DNA of 64,000 nucleotides from Ctenodactylus gundi (GCA_048771875.1 CM109696.1:72824529-72888528), one strand, 5' to 3'; positions 11,954-24,290 are shown, counted from the stretch's first letter. The notes: generated by a model from the letters alone, not told the origin. Translations and numbers: made by a program.

Positions 11954-12155
11954 TGCACACACGTAATCTCAGACAATGCTGATTCTCTGAGTCAGTATCA
12001 ACTGAACTGTTTCCAAAAGAAGCACATCCTTATTGCAAACCCAAATTTTATATGGGAATCTGTCAAAGAAAGAAGACTCTTAGATGTGAAGAAGTATGAT
12101 CTTAACGAATCACTGGATGTCCCACCACTTCCTGATCAGAAAGCAAGCAGTTCTG
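11954..12155 (+). CDS. PARP4: PARP4 exon 3, encoding CTHVISDNADSLSQYQLNCFQKKHILIANPNFIWESVKERRLLDVKKYDLNESLDVPPLPDQKASSS
   Basis: Acceptor ttttttccttag|TGC and donor TCTG|gtaagt. The exon is 202 nt and ends in phase 1. It matches human CTHIILDNADVLSQYQLNSIQKNHVHIANPDFIWKSIREKRLLDVKNYDPYKPLDITPPPDQKASSS. Confidence 0.85.
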
Positions 12156-12645
12156 GTAAGTGTTTCATAGAGAATCCTGCTGTAATAGATATTTGGGTTT
12201 GTTGAAAATATTATAGAGAAAGAATTATCCAGAAATGCTACAAAAGATTAATCTTATTACATCTGCAAATGGGTAACAAAATAGTGAAGAAAGAAAGACT
12301 AGCTTAGCAATAGAAATCAATTTCGCAGTTAACCAGTCTAGTATGATGCAGATTCATACTGAATATACAAATGCTGATAATCTGAGATAATTTGATGTTT
12401 TAATTTTAAGTCGTAGAGGGAAAACCTTTTTGTTAAAAAGGACCTTAATGACAGGGAATTTTTTGTTATTTATGACATTTGGGTTTGGCTTTTTAATCAA
12501 GATCTTGTTACATTGACCGGGCTGGATAGCCTTGGACTCAAATGATTTATTTGCTTCTGCCTCCCATATGCTGGGGTGATAGTCCACCATTCTCAACTAA
12601 TTGGGAATTTTGTGACCAGCATTTTCCTAAAGAAGTACATTCCTT

Positions 12646-12890
12646 GGGGCTGGAGGAATGGCTCAGCTCTAGCAAGCGCTATGCAAGTGCTAAGTATCAA
12701 AGTTCAATTCCCCGGCACCCCATAAACTGGGCATGGGCCTGGTGGCACAGCCTGTAATTCCAGCAATCAGGAGGCTGATGCAGGCAGATTGTCCTGAGTC
12801 CAAGACCAAACTGCTCTACATAGTGAGTTCAGAACCAGCATGTGTGGGCTACAAAGTGAGAGAGACCCTGTCTCAAAAAAAAAAGTACAT
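12646..12890 (+). mobile_element. ID–B1 composite SINE
   Basis: ggggctggaggaatggctcagctctagcaagcgctatgcaagtgctaagtatcaaagttcaattccccggcaccccataaactgggcatgg ... gaccctgtctcaaaaaaaaaa. Confidence 0.75.
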
Positions 12891-12945
12891 TCCAAAAGTT
12901 GCTCTCCCCAAAAGAAACATCTCATTTGTTATAATCCCACATTTT

Positions 12946-13140
12946 AGGGCTGGAGGAATGGCATAGCAGTTAGGGCACTTGCCTAGCAAGCACAAGTGCC
13001 TGAGTTCAGTTCCCCAGCACCACATAAAGCTGGGTATGGTGGTGCAGGCCTGTAATCCCAGTATCCAGGTAGATTGCTATAAATCCAAGGCTAGCCTGGC
13101 TACAGAGCAAGACCCTGTCTCAAAAAAAAAAAAAAAAAAA
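12946..13140 (+). mobile_element. ID–B1 composite SINE (truncated B1 part) with poly-A
   Basis: gggctggaggaatggcatagcagttagggcacttgcctagcaagcacaagtgcctgagttcagttccccagcaccacataaagctgggtatggtggtgcaggcctgtaatcccag. Confidence 0.75.
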
Positions 13141-14440
13141 TCCAGATTTTATATTGGAATCCTACCCAGAAAAAAAAAGCCTTTGGACATACAGAAATAG
13201 GTATCTCCTGAGTTACATCCAAAAATCAAGTAGTCATGCCAAGTACAGTAGTGGCATGTGCCTATTAGAGGCTAAGGCAGGAGGATTGCTATGAGTTCAA
13301 AGCTGGCCTGAACTACCAGAGTGAGACCCTGCCTCAAAAAAAGCAGTTCTGAGAAACACTAAATTAAACACATAATATATATTAATATTAGATGTCATGG
13401 TAAATATTTTGATAGGATGAAGCTTCTCTAGATAGGCAGTGGTCCAAAAATGCTGCTAGAGTCATCAGACTTTCTCCAGAAGATGATAGTTAAAGCACAA
13501 GCATAGTAGGAGATCCTTTTACATTGAAACCATATTGTTGGATAGCCAGAACAAACTGTTCACATTTAGTGTTACTACAAATACACTGATGATCTTTGAA
13601 ATCTTACTAGCATAAGTAAAACTGGGGTTTAATCTCCGGTACCACAAAAAAAAAAAAAAAAAGTTAAACCAGACCCAGTGGTGCAGGCCCATAATCGCAG
13701 CTCACTGGTAGGTTCAGGCAAGAGGATCACACATTCAAAGTCAGCTTGATAATTTAATGACTTAGTGAGATCTTCTCTCAGAATCACAAATAAAATAGGC
13801 TGGGAATATTAGCTCAGTGTGAAAGGCCTGGGCTCCATCTCCAGTACCACAGAAACGGTTATTATATACTACAATTCTATATATAATGTTAAGATTCCTC
13901 TATGAGAAATATAAGGAGCAAAAACTCAACATAAAGCCTGTGAATTTTCTTTCCATCTCAACTCCAATATCTCCAGTCCCTTCACTTGTGAGATTACAGC
14001 ACTTGGAAATCATTCTTGTCTTGGAGTACATTGCAGATGTGTTTTCTTAATTATACTGACCATATTGATCTTTAGGAGAGAAAAGTGCCTTTTGAAAATT
14101 CTGCACTCTAGATACTGAGGCAGGAGCCAACCAGGGCTGCATGGTGAGACACTGTTTAAAGACAATTACATGGCTAAGAGTGAGTTTCCAGTAATGCCCA
14201 TTAGATATTACATTACGTGCATTACATTCTCAGTATCTTATTGCACCTTCCTCTTTTTCCACTCGTACTGTTCTGAAGTTGTCAGTAACTACACTTCATT
14301 TAAAAACAGCTTAAAAAAATAGTTGCATAGTAAATATGGTTCATATTTGAGAATCTTGTTAATTCTAGCAGTTAGATTAATGGCCAATTATAATAAAACT
14401 TCGAATTTTAAACAGATGTTTTTGTTTGCTTTGATTTCAG

Positions 14441-14504
14441 AATTGAAAGCAGAGGTTCTACCCCTGGACAGCACCATACAGGAGGAAACCGTGGAACTAA
14501 CTAA
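14441..14504 (+). CDS. PARP4: PARP4 exon 4, encoding (E)LKAEVLPLDSTIQEETVELT(K)
   Basis: Acceptor tttgatttcag|AATTG. Reading phase 1 from exon 3 gives GAA. The donor ACTAA|gtaacc is weak but present, leaving phase 2. The exon aligns to human EVKTEGLCPDSATEEEDTVELTE. Confidence 0.7.
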
Positions 14505-15232
14505 GTAACCTAAGTATTTTGTAACCTCATACACAATATGAAAATGCTATCTGAACATTTTTATAGTAGCTTATTTTCCTTACCTGTTTGTACTGAAGAC
14601 TTTTAATACTGTAGCTGTAGTGATCATTGTATTTGTTTTCTCATTGTTATTTACGATTGGATATATATATCTTTATTTTATTTTTGACAGGATCTTACAC
14701 TGTAGCACAGATTGGTTCTGAATTTACTGTGTAGATCAGGCTGGCCTGAACTTGCAAAGGGTTGCAGTATTACAAGTGTCCTCAATAAGATTAGGGAAGC
14801 TTTTATTTTGTTTTGTTTTGTATTATTTGTTTGTTTTCCTTTGTTTCACACAGAGTCTTCCTTTAATGCAGGCTGGTTCTGAATTCACTGTGTAGCCCAG
14901 GCTGGGTTTAAACTCACGGCAATCCTTCTACCTCAGCCTCACCGGAGTGCTGGGATTAAGGCACAGATCACCATGCCTGGTTTTACAGTTGAATCCAAGG
15001 CCTTGTGCTTGTCTAGCAAGTGCTTTAATCCCTGAGCTGTGCCTAGCCCCTTGACAAGCCTTAAGAATAAAGATAGTTCTTACTCCACCTAATACTTTCT
15101 TTTATAAACTTATTTATTTTTTATTTACATATCGCCTCCCTTGCCCCTTTCCACTGTCTTGCCCCCACCTTTCCTTTCCACAAAGTCCATCTTATTTTCT
15201 ACAGTCTCTCATTTTTTTTTCTTTTCTTTTCC

Positions 15233-15465
15233 TTTTTTTTTTTTTTTTTTTTTTTGAGACAGGGTCTTACTATCCTGGTCCTGAACTCACCTTGGAGTCC
15301 AGGCTAGCCTTGGACTCCTGGCAATCCTCCTGCCTCAGCCTTCCTCGTGCTGGGTTACAGGCACGTGCCACCACGCCCAGCTTTATGTGGTGCTGGAGAG
15401 TCGAACCCAGGGCTTCACACTTGCAAAGGCAAGCGCTTTAACCACTGTGCCATTCCTCCAGCCCC
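15233..15465 (-). mobile_element. ID–B1 composite SINE with poly-T head
   Basis: T23 then gagacagggtcttac..ccaggctagccttggactcctggcaatcctcctgcctcagcc ... aggcaagcgctttaaccactgtgccattcctccagcccc. Confidence 0.75.
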
Positions 15466-16339
15466 TACCTGATTATTTTTAAAAATGCAGTAGCCACTTT
15501 TCCCAAGTGAATTATGTGTACTTTTTGTTGTTTTGTTGTTTTGTATTCTGGTGCTGGAAATTAAACATGGGGCCTTTTCACTGAGCGACATCCCCTGCCC
15601 AATGTGTCTAAAGCTCTGTGCGTTCTTAAAAATGCAGTGTTAATTAGGCACCACGTATGGTTGTATTATATGTGTTAATAGTAGCATTAAAGGAGAACAA
15701 AATTCTAAATAAAATGTTTAGCTGAAAAGAAGTTGGACTCCTTTATTTTAAAAAGGAGTTAAGGGAGATGTAGTGTCACACATCTGTAATAGCAGCACTG
15801 GGGAGGCTGAGGCAGAGGGTCACAGTTCAAGCCTAGCATGGGCAATGTTAAGACCTCTCTCAAAATTTAAAAATAAATAAATAAAAATCACTGGGGATAT
15901 AGCTCCATGTAGAGCATTTGACTAGGATGTATGAGACCTGAGTTCAGTCCTTAGTACGGAAGGAAAAAAAGTGTCAGAGCCCTAGGCAAAAGCAATAGCC
16001 TAACTCTAGAGTCCGTCGTAGTGATTATTCTGTGTCTGCTTTTTTGTGGTACTTATGTATTCCAGTACAGAGATGCAGACATGGGCACAGCGCTTGAGAA
16101 TGATGCAGAGAGACATGGAAATACTTATTTGACTATTATATGTAATATACATGTATTGATTTATCACACTGTACCCCTTAAATATGTACAATGAAAAATA
16201 TTAATAGTAATTTTTCTTGAAGCAGGATCTCCCTAGGTCACTAACTTGTCCAGGTTGGCTTGAAACTCATGGATTTCCTGCCTCAGTTTTCTAAGTGCTG
16301 GGAATTATAGGTGTGTTCTCCATGCCTGCCCTAAAATTT

Positions 16340-16622
16340 TCTTTTCCCCCATTTTTATTAATATATATGCATATATATGTATATATATTCAGTACATAAT
16401 AGTTACATTGAGCTTGATTATTTTGTGCACATATGTTGCTTCAATATTACAATCCCTTCCCCTCACCCTTTTTGACTCTCCTGCTCCCTCCCCATCCCCC
16501 GTAACTTCCTCTATGGTTCCAATTTAGTTCTATAGAATGTCTCATATTAGAGAAACCATGTGATATTTAACCTTCTGCAGTTGACTCCCTTTAGTAAGTA
16601 TAATTTATTTTCAAAACTATGC
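16340..16622 (-). mobile_element. 5'-truncated L1 3' end (antisense)
   Basis: tttttattaatatatatgcatat...acataatagttacattgagc...gagaaaccatgtgatatttaaccttctg. The reverse complement of the 3'UTR of the full L1 at 11200-11597 is homologous. The same unit recurs at 17575, 18745, 49790 and 63430. Confidence 0.65.
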
Positions 16623-16625
16623 AGA

Positions 16626-16873
16626 GGGGCTGGAGGGATGGCTCAGCGGTTAAAGCGCTTGAGCAAGTGCTAAGTACCCGAGTTCGATACCCCAGCACCA
16701 CATAAGCTGGGCCTGGTGGTGCACGCCTGTAATCCCAGCACTCGGGAGGCTGAGACAGGAGGATTGCCGTGAGTCCAAGGCCAGCCTGGGCTCTGAAGTG
16801 AATTCAGGACCAGCCTGGACCACAGAGTGAGACCCTGTCTCAAAAAGAAAAAAAAAAAAAAAAAAAAAAAAAA
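16626..16873 (+). mobile_element. ID–B1 composite SINE with poly-A
   Basis: gggctggagggatggctcagcggttaaagcgcttgagcaagtgctaagtacccgagttcgataccccagcaccacataagctgggcctggtggtgcacgcctgtaatcccagcactcgggaggctgag. Confidence 0.8.
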
Positions 16874-16912
16874 ACTGTGCAAAGGAGGAATCCAGATCCA
16901 GCTCATTTCTCA

Positions 16913-17146
16913 TGTTTTGTTTTGTTTTTGAAACAAGGTCTCATTCTGTAGCCCAGGCTTCTTGAACTCACTATGTAGCCCAGGCTAGCCTTGGATTCAT
17001 GGCAATCCTCCTGCTTCACCTCCTGAATGTTTTGATTACAGGCGTGTGCCATCACACCAGCTTTATGTGGTGCTGGGGAATTGAACTCAGGGCCTTGTGC
17101 TTGCTAGGCAAGCACTTTCACCGCTGTGCCATTCCTCCAGCCCCTC
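16913..17146 (-). mobile_element. ID–B1 composite SINE
   Basis: An antisense copy ending ..gcaagcactttcaccgctgtgccattcctccagcccc. Confidence 0.75.
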
Positions 17147-17289
17147 TTGTGATTTTGTAACCATTTCAAGAAAACCTGAAGAGGCATTAGGATATAAAAT
17201 GTATTTCAGTAGGAATTAGACCTATTATAGAAATTTCGTTTAGCCTAAAAATTCATTTTGATGTAAAAGTTTAATTATACAAATTTCAG

Positions 17290-17356
17290 GTTTTATATGG
17301 AGAACAGTGAAATTCTTCAAGACTTTGAAGTTGTGAAATATAACACCTTGGAAAAA
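17290..17356 (+). CDS. PARP4: PARP4 exon 5, encoding (K)FYMENSEILQDFEVVKYNTLEK
   Basis: Acceptor aaatttcag|G and donor GAAAAA|gtaaga. The exon is 67 nt and ends in phase 0. It matches human FGMQNVEIPHLPQDFEVAKYNTLEK. Confidence 0.8.
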
Positions 17357-17574
17357 GTAAGAGCCTGATTTCTATTTAGAGAAACAGATTGAATGACTTC
17401 TGAGTACTTTTTCTGTTTGATCATTTTGTCATTGTTTTGAAACATTATTTCCATTCTATATATCATATATTTTGTAGCATGAATTTCTTTACTTTGTATT
17501 GAAAATCATAAGGTTTTTAGTGGGTTTACTATAAAGTAATGAAAGCTCATAGTACAGAATTTTTCCATAGTTAT

Positions 17575-19070
17575 TGTTTTTGTTATTAAATGTTTGCAGT
17601 ACATAACAGTTACATTTCACTTGGAAAATAGGTGCATATACCCTACTGTGTTTTCATCATTTTTGCTTCTCTCTTCCATATTCTTTCCCCACATCACATT
17701 CCCATCTCCAGAGCCTACCTTTTTGCTTTTTTTTTTTCCTTTTCTCCTTTTTTTTTTTTTTTTTTTGAGTCAGGGTCTCACTCCATAGTCCAGGCTAGCC
17801 CTGAGCTCACTATGTAGACCAGGCTGACTTTGAACTCATGGCAATTCTCCACCCTCAGCCTCCTGAGTGCTGGGATTACAGGTGTGCACCACCATGCCCA
17901 CTCAGCCTACCTCTCCATTTTCTATCTTTCTTCAGTTATTTACATATTGGCCTTCTCATATAAGAGAAACAATGCAGTGTGTCTGATTATTTTATATAAA
18001 ATGATCTCAAGGTATGTCCATTTTCTTACAAATGACTCATTTATTCTCTTCTGTGGTAGAGTAGTACTCCATTTTATGTATATACCAATTTTATTTATCC
18101 ATCTGTAGATCAGTATGTCAACTACTATTGTAACTTGTGCCAGTATCACAAACAAACAAGCAATGCATCCTGTGTCACTTCAGTGTGACATCTTTAATTC
18201 TTTGGGAAAGATACCCAGAAAAGGTAGAGCTGGGTGAAATGGAATTTCTGTTCTCAGTTTTTTTCTACATACATAGTTGTTGTACAAGTTTTCAGTCCCA
18301 CCAACAGTGTGCAAGGAAAGGTTCCTTTTTTACCCCCACATCCTCTCCAGCGTTTGTTGTTTTGGGGGTTCTTGATGATAACTCTTCTTACTGAAATAAA
18401 ATGGAATCTCAGTGTTTGGGTTTGCATTTCTCTGAGGGCTAAAGATTGAACATTTTTTCGTGTATTTGTTGGCCATTTGTACATTTACTTTGAAGAAGTG
18501 CCTGTTCTAATTGCCCATTTTTCTATGTGGGTCATTAACTTTAGAGAGTCTTAATTTTTTTCAATTATTTTTGTATGTCCTAGATATCAGTCTTCTTTCC
18601 AGGAGGTAGATGGTAAACAGATATCTCTTTACTCTGTTGGCTGTTTTGTTTTCTTTTGCTGTGCAAGAGCTTTTTAATTCAATGTAATCCCATTGACTGA
18701 TTCTTGGTGTTAGCTCTTGTGCAATTGTTCTGTTCAAGAAGTCCTTGTCTGTTTTTTTTTTAATTTACATATCACCTTCATTTCCCCTTCCCACCCTAAG
18801 ACCTTCCCTTTCCCTCTCTACAAAATATCGTCTTACTTTCTGTATCTCTTACATTTTTTATGGTTTGGCTTTCTCATATTAGAGCAACGATGTGATATTT
18901 AATTTACTGGGTTTAATTCATTTCACTAAGCATAATGTTCTCAAGAAGCATCCATTTTCCTACAAACGACTCAAATTTATCATTTTTCTGGCACAGTAAT
19001 ACTCCATTTTGTATGTATATGATATCTTTATCCAGTCATCTATACTCGGTCATATTGGCTCCTTCCAGGA
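17575..19070 (-). mobile_element. Two adjacent 5'-truncated antisense L1 copies (17575-18735 reaching into the ORF2 C-terminus, and 18745-19070). A SINE is nested at ~17745-17890.
   Basis: L1 3'UTR homology is present. The reverse complement of 18150-18700 encodes L1 ORF2 C-terminal motifs (..CWRGCGGKKGTF..). The nested SINE reads ttttttgagtcagggtctcactccatagtccaggctagcc. Confidence 0.6.
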
Positions 19071-19071
19071 T

Positions 19072-19300
19072 TTTTTTGTTTGTTTGTTTGAGACAGGGCC
19101 TCACTCTGTACTCCAAGCTGGTCTTGAACTGACTGTGTAGCACAGACTGGCCTTAAACTTATGGCATGTGTAGCAATCTTCCTGTCTCAGCTTCCTGAGT
19201 GTTGGGACCACAGGCATGCACCACTGCTCCTAGCTTATACGAGGCTGGGAAGTCAATGCAGGGCCTTGAGATTTAACCTCTGAGCTATTCCTCCAGCCCT
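19072..19300 (-). mobile_element. ID–B1 composite SINE
   Basis: tttgtttgtttgagacagggcctcactctgtactccaagctggtcttgaactgactgtgtagcacagactggcc ... gagctattcctccagccc. Confidence 0.7.
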
Positions 19301-19380
19301 AGGGGAAATTAAAAAAAAAAAAATTCTCCCATTTAGTGTGATGTTGGCAATGGGTTACACATAAAAGGCTTTTATCAGTT

Positions 19381-22300
19381 TTTATATTTTTTGCTTTCAT
19401 TCTTTTATCTTTTATTCCCACTATATTTATTAATATACATATGTAATACATAGTATTTACAATGAATTTGAGTATTTTGTGCACATATGTATCATATCAA
19501 CTTTACAATCCTTTGCCATTTTTAACCCTCCCATCCCCTCCCTGTCCCTTCCCCCAACTCTGGCTATCACTTCATGTGGTTATAGAATGTCTGTGTTCTG
19601 GGTTTTCCAAGTCAGAGAAAACCTACAGTGTTTAACATATTATTCTTCTGTATCTAAATCATTTCACTTAAGTCACCACTCTAACTCAGCTTCCTGTTCC
19701 ACGAATGGGTCGCAGTAGTTAAATCTTGATGCCTCTTCTCTGAATCTAACCAATCCCTTTATTGGTATATTTGCCAGAAGTTTTTTTTTTCTATATTTTG
19801 CTATATCTTTGTTGCTATTCTTAAGCCTGGCTTTACCCATCAGTTCACATTAGAAAATAACTATAAGCATGTAGTTCAAAAGACTAGTAAATTTGGGAAA
19901 GAAGAAAAAAAAAGTTAAATTTCAAATGCCTTAGCAGAATACTAGAAGGTATATATTTGTACATTCACAGGGTTATCTTTACATCAGTCAGTTTTCTTAG
20001 GATAAATTTTCATCAGTGACCTAATAAGTGAATTGCTACAATAAAACAAAACTATACCACATTGCTACATTAAATGAACTTAAATCTATACCACATAAAT
20101 ATACTTAAAGTGACAGATATGAAGGCAAATCTAGTTATTTCAGAATTGTTTTAACTTTCATAACTTATTTACTCATGTTTCATTGATTACTAACATACTT
20201 TTTTCTCAGCTCATTCTCCTCTAGCTGTTGTCGCTTTTCGTCTGGGGTCATTGGTGTCGCTGGCCTCCCTTTCACTTTCTAAGTTTCCTTTAAATGTTCT
20301 CTGCAATACTGGCTCAGTGGCTGCAAATTCTTTCAAGCTTTCTATATCATGGAAAGTTTTAAGTTCTTCCTTTAAATTAAAAGATAATTTTGCTGGATAT
20401 AGCAGTCTTGGTTGGCATTTATGTTCTTTTAGTGCTTGGATGACATTGCTCCATGATCTCCTTGCTTTTAGAGTCTGGGTTGAGAAATCTGCAGTTATCC
20501 TGATGGGCTTATCTTTGTAGGTCACCTTTCTGTTTTTCTCTTACTGCATTTAATACTTTTTCTTTGTGTTGGGTTTCTAGAATTTTAATTATGATGTGTC
20601 GTGATGAGGATCTCTTCTGATCAAAGTTGTTTGGTGTTCTGTATGCCTGCAATAGTTCCATGTTCATTTCTTTCCTTAGATTTGGGAAATTTTCTTCAAT
20701 AATTTCATTAAACATGTCCTTTAAGCCTTTTGTTTTGTCCTCAGTCTTCTCCTCGATTCCCATAATTCTGAGGTTATTTCTCCTTGAATCATCTATCAGC
20801 CATTGTAATGATTTGCTTTCTTGTTTACTTTGTGTTCTTCATGGCCTGTATGTTGCAGCTCAGTCACTTTATTTTCTAGGTCTGACATTCTATTCTGAAG
20901 ATGTTTAATGTGGTTGCTTACTATTACCTGTGTGTTTTTCACTTCCTGAATATCTGCATTGAACTTTTCTATATCTCTGTTGTGTTCTTCTCTAATTTCT
21001 TGTATTGCCTTCATTATCTTCTGGTATATTTCTTCTATGATCTCCTCTTTTTGCTTCTCAAGGCTTGCCTTTTGCTTATCTGTGTGTTGGTGTAGCACTT
21101 GCGCTGTCTGTTTTATTTCCTGCTTTTATTCCTGCTTTAATTCAATGAATATCTGGGCTCAGAACTTACCATCATTTTTGCCCTTTTCCTCTTTGAATTC
21201 TGCAATTTCAGTATCCCTAGTACCATCTCCTGTGGTGTCAGATCTTTTTGTAGGAGATTTGTTACCACATTTCCCCATAGTTCTGCTATCTCTGGCTGTC
21301 TCTGGTGTGCAGGAAAGAAGGGTTTGACGAAAGCCCAGTCCTGGATGCCTCTGGAATCCTCTGGCCCAAGGGACAGACAGGGCCATGGAATTCCTGGTCC
21401 TAGATGCCTCTGCAATCCTCTGGGGCTCAGGATCGACAGGGTGATGTAATTGCCTGGAAGCCTCTGGCTCACGGGATGGATAGGCAATGGACTTCCCAGT
21501 CCTAGATTGCCTGTGGCGTGCAGGGCAGCGGTGAACTGGAAGCCTCTGGCGTGTGCCAGAGGAACAAGGCGATGGTCCCCCTTTTGAGGTGTCTTGTTCT
21601 CCCCGGTCCACTCAGCAAAGCTCTCCTTCTGTCCTGGCTTCCCTCCCCCAGAGCGGGGCTCTCCACCCTTGGAGCAGAGGTGCCCCTGAGCCATTCAGGG
21701 GATCAGCAGCCTTCTTTTCCCTCTTTTCTCCTCTCTCTGCCGCTTGTGGCATTTTCTTCCTAGGCACTATTTTAGGGTGACCCCAAAGCCCTGATGTGTT
21801 CTTCTGAGCTTTCTTTTACTCTAAAGGGTTCAGTCTTGGGCTTTTTTCCCACCTTCTTTTTAAAAATGGCTCCTGCTTACATCATTGCCTGTGATGGTTG
21901 CTGAGCCCTGTTTCTGATTTGGGATCCTGGGGCCTTTTGTAGGGGGAGTGCACGCAGTGTTTGTAGTACACACTACCCGTGGGTTGGTGTTTCAGAAGCC
22001 AGGGCCACTGGCTGCCGACAATTCCCATTTCTCTGTATCAGGCTGATGTTCTGGCTCCGGACTTTCCTCCGTCTGGTCTGTGAATGCTGGCAGCTCAGGG
22101 CCGGGCTGAGTTGGCTGCTATTTTCCTCCTCTTCAGATGTGACTTCAGGATATTTGATCCGCCCATAGCCTCCTGTCCATTGTTGGGGTGTTCCATCCAC
22201 TCCCAGCCCCGTCAGATGTCTCAGGCCCACACAAGGCTTCCTCCATCCACAGCTGCCTGCAGCTCCAGCTATTTGCAGCTGGTTGCAGCGGCTTCCTGGG

Positions 22301-22507
22301 CTGCTTGGATTTTTTTTTTTCTCTGCTTGCGATGTTCCTTCGGAATTTCTGACTTTCCCCTGGCCTCCTGTCATTTGTTGGAGATGCTTCTCTCTTTCCG
22401 AGCTACACTGACCACACTTTTTCTAACTAAATTCTCAACTTTTTAAGTGGGTCCATGAGGAGACATTGTGCAATGCTGTTACTCAGCCGCCATCTTGACC
22501 GGAAGTC
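19381..22507 (-). mobile_element. ORF1-only L1-derived retroelement (HAL1-like), copy 1. On the element strand it runs 5'UTR 22507..21269 with a ~55-60-bp tandem monomer array, then ORF1 from ~21268 to 20211 (frameshifted into four pieces), then a ~0.8 kb 3' region at 20210..19381. It has no ORF2.
   Basis: The - strand ORF pieces (MGKCGNKSPTKRSDTTGDG..., ..NNFDQKRSSSRHIIIKILETQHKEKVLNAVREKQK.., MTYKDKPIRITADFSTQTLKARRSWSNVIQALKEHKCQPRLLYPAKLSF..) are L1 ORF1p. The ORF1 stop is followed directly by a ~460-bp unique segment and then ~330 bp homologous to the L1 3'UTR. The 5' terminus reads ..gactcggtcaagatggcggctgagtaac (reverse complement). It is flanked by a 15-bp TSD: ggcttttatcagttt at 19366-19380 and ggcttgtatcagttt at 22508-22522. 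Confidence 0.7.
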
Positions 22508-22522
22508 GGCTTGTATCAGTTT

Positions 22523-23250
22523 GAGGTAAATCCCATCTGTACCGATTTTTATTAGAGTGTTTAATCACAAATGTTGGATTTTGCCAAAGACCTTCTTTGT
22601 GTCTCTGGAGATGATCTGTGATTTCTGGCCTGCCTTCTCTGTATTTGATGACTTACATTTTGTCATGATGTAGTATCTTAATGTTTTCTTGAATCATTGA
22701 TAACCTTAAGGATTTTTGCACCTGTATTCATTAAGGAAATTGGTCTATAGTTGTTTGTTATTATTGTTAAGTATTTGTCTGGTAATTTATTAAACAGGAT
22801 GTCTTTGTAATTGCCATAATGCACTTGCTGGAACTTTGTGTAGAACATGATCTGGCCTGCTTAAAATGTTGAGAAAACCTTAGAGCTGCTTCTCAAATGC
22901 TGGCTTGTCTGGGTAAGGAGTCACTTTATGAGTGAAACCCCTTATTTATTCCATTTGCTGCTTCCATACCATTGGCCTTCCCTCAGCACCAGCATTTCCT
23001 GATCATTGTTTATGCCACGCTGTTGGCCCTCTGTAGTTACATTATGTTAGCAGAGACAGAGCTGCTCGGGGAGCCAGGATTAGTGCCCAGATGCCTCTTT
23101 TTCCTCTCTGCTTTGTCTTTACTCTGCAGTTTTTCTGTGATTTCCAACTTCCCTGTTGCCTTTTCTTCATTCCTGGAACTCTTCGTTTTCCCTTCAGTGA
23201 GTTATTCAAATAGTTTTTGCAATGTTTTCACCTTTTTGGCCTATGAAGAG
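22523..23250 (-). mobile_element. Old antisense L1 ORF2 fragment, the target of copy 1's insertion
   Basis: The reverse complement of ..aaggatttttgcacctgtattcattaaggaaattggtctatagtt encodes NYRPISLMNTGAKIL, an L1 reverse-transcriptase motif. Confidence 0.55.
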
Positions 23251-23612
23251 ACAACCACTGCAGGGTCCCACTCAATTGCCTTCTTACTCAACCACTTTCA
23301 CACTACAAATACAAAACATTAATATCGCCTTAAAAATATGTCTCCCTCTCATTAATAGTGTCGTATATATGAAAATGCTACATTTGACACCAAGTGTTTG
23401 TATCATGTTGAATTGCTCCCCCTTCTGAATTTTAGTGAAAACAAAAAACTTTCCCTTTACGGAGGCCCACAAATGAAAGTAAGCACTTGCTTTCAAAATG
23501 GTCCTCATTTGTGTTTTTTAGATACTTACCTTTTTTTATTTATTTAACTTTTCTTGTGTGGTGCTGAGGATGGAAGCCAGAGCCTTCACACTGTGCTACA
23601 TCCCTAGCCTGG

Positions 23613-23877
23613 TTTTTTTTTTTGTTTTTGGTTTTTTGGGTTTTTTGTTTTGTTTTGTTTTGTTTAAGACAAGGTCTTACCTCTGTAGCCCAGCCTGTTC
23701 CTGAACTCACTAAGGAGCCCAGGCTAGCCTAAGACACAGCAGTTCTCCTGCCTCAGCCTCTGAGTGCTGGGGTTACAGGCTTGTGCCACCATGCCTGGCT
23801 TTATGTGGTGTTAGGGAATCAACTCAAGGCCTTGCTTTTGCAAGGCAAGCACTTGAACCGCTGTGCCATTCCTCCAA
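23613..23877 (-). mobile_element. ID–B1 composite SINE
   Basis: A T-rich head then ..gacaaggtcttacctctgtagcccagcc..cctgcctcagcctctgagtgctggggttacaggcttgtgccaccatgcctggc ... gcaagcacttgaaccgctgtgccattcctcc. Confidence 0.75.
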
Positions 23878-24185
23878 TTCCTTTTGATTTTGATTTTGAG
23901 ACAACGTCTCACTAGATATTTTAATTTTCTCTGTAGTAAAAGAAAAAGAAAAAGAAAAAGAAAACTGACATAGTAAACACATATAGAAATAATGGAAGGA
24001 AAATATCAAAATATTAATAACGATTATCTCTGTAGTAGGATTTTTGGGGTTTTGCTATTTACTTTGCAATATTTTTCTGTTTTCTAAATGGGTCTCTATA
24101 TGAACATGGATTACTTTGGAATTATTAGAGTTCAGTGTGTGAGTATTCTCTACAGTACAGCTTCTGGAAGTGCCCTGTTTTCCAG

Positions 24186-24290
24186 GCGGGAGCAGACGGT
24201 CGCCAGGAGGTGGTGGTGGTTGAGCTGCAGTGCTCCCAAGGCTGTCCTTTTCTGATATCTGCACATTTTTCTGTGGGTGACAGCTTACAG
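24186..24290 (+). CDS. PARP4: PARP4 exon 6, encoding AGADGRQEVVVVELQCSQGCPFLISAHFSVGDSLQ
   Basis: Acceptor ctgttttccag|G and donor TTACAG|gtaatg. The exon is 105 nt and ends in phase 0. It matches human VGMEGGQEAVVVELQCSRDSRDCPFLISSHFLLDDGMETRRQ. Confidence 0.8.
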
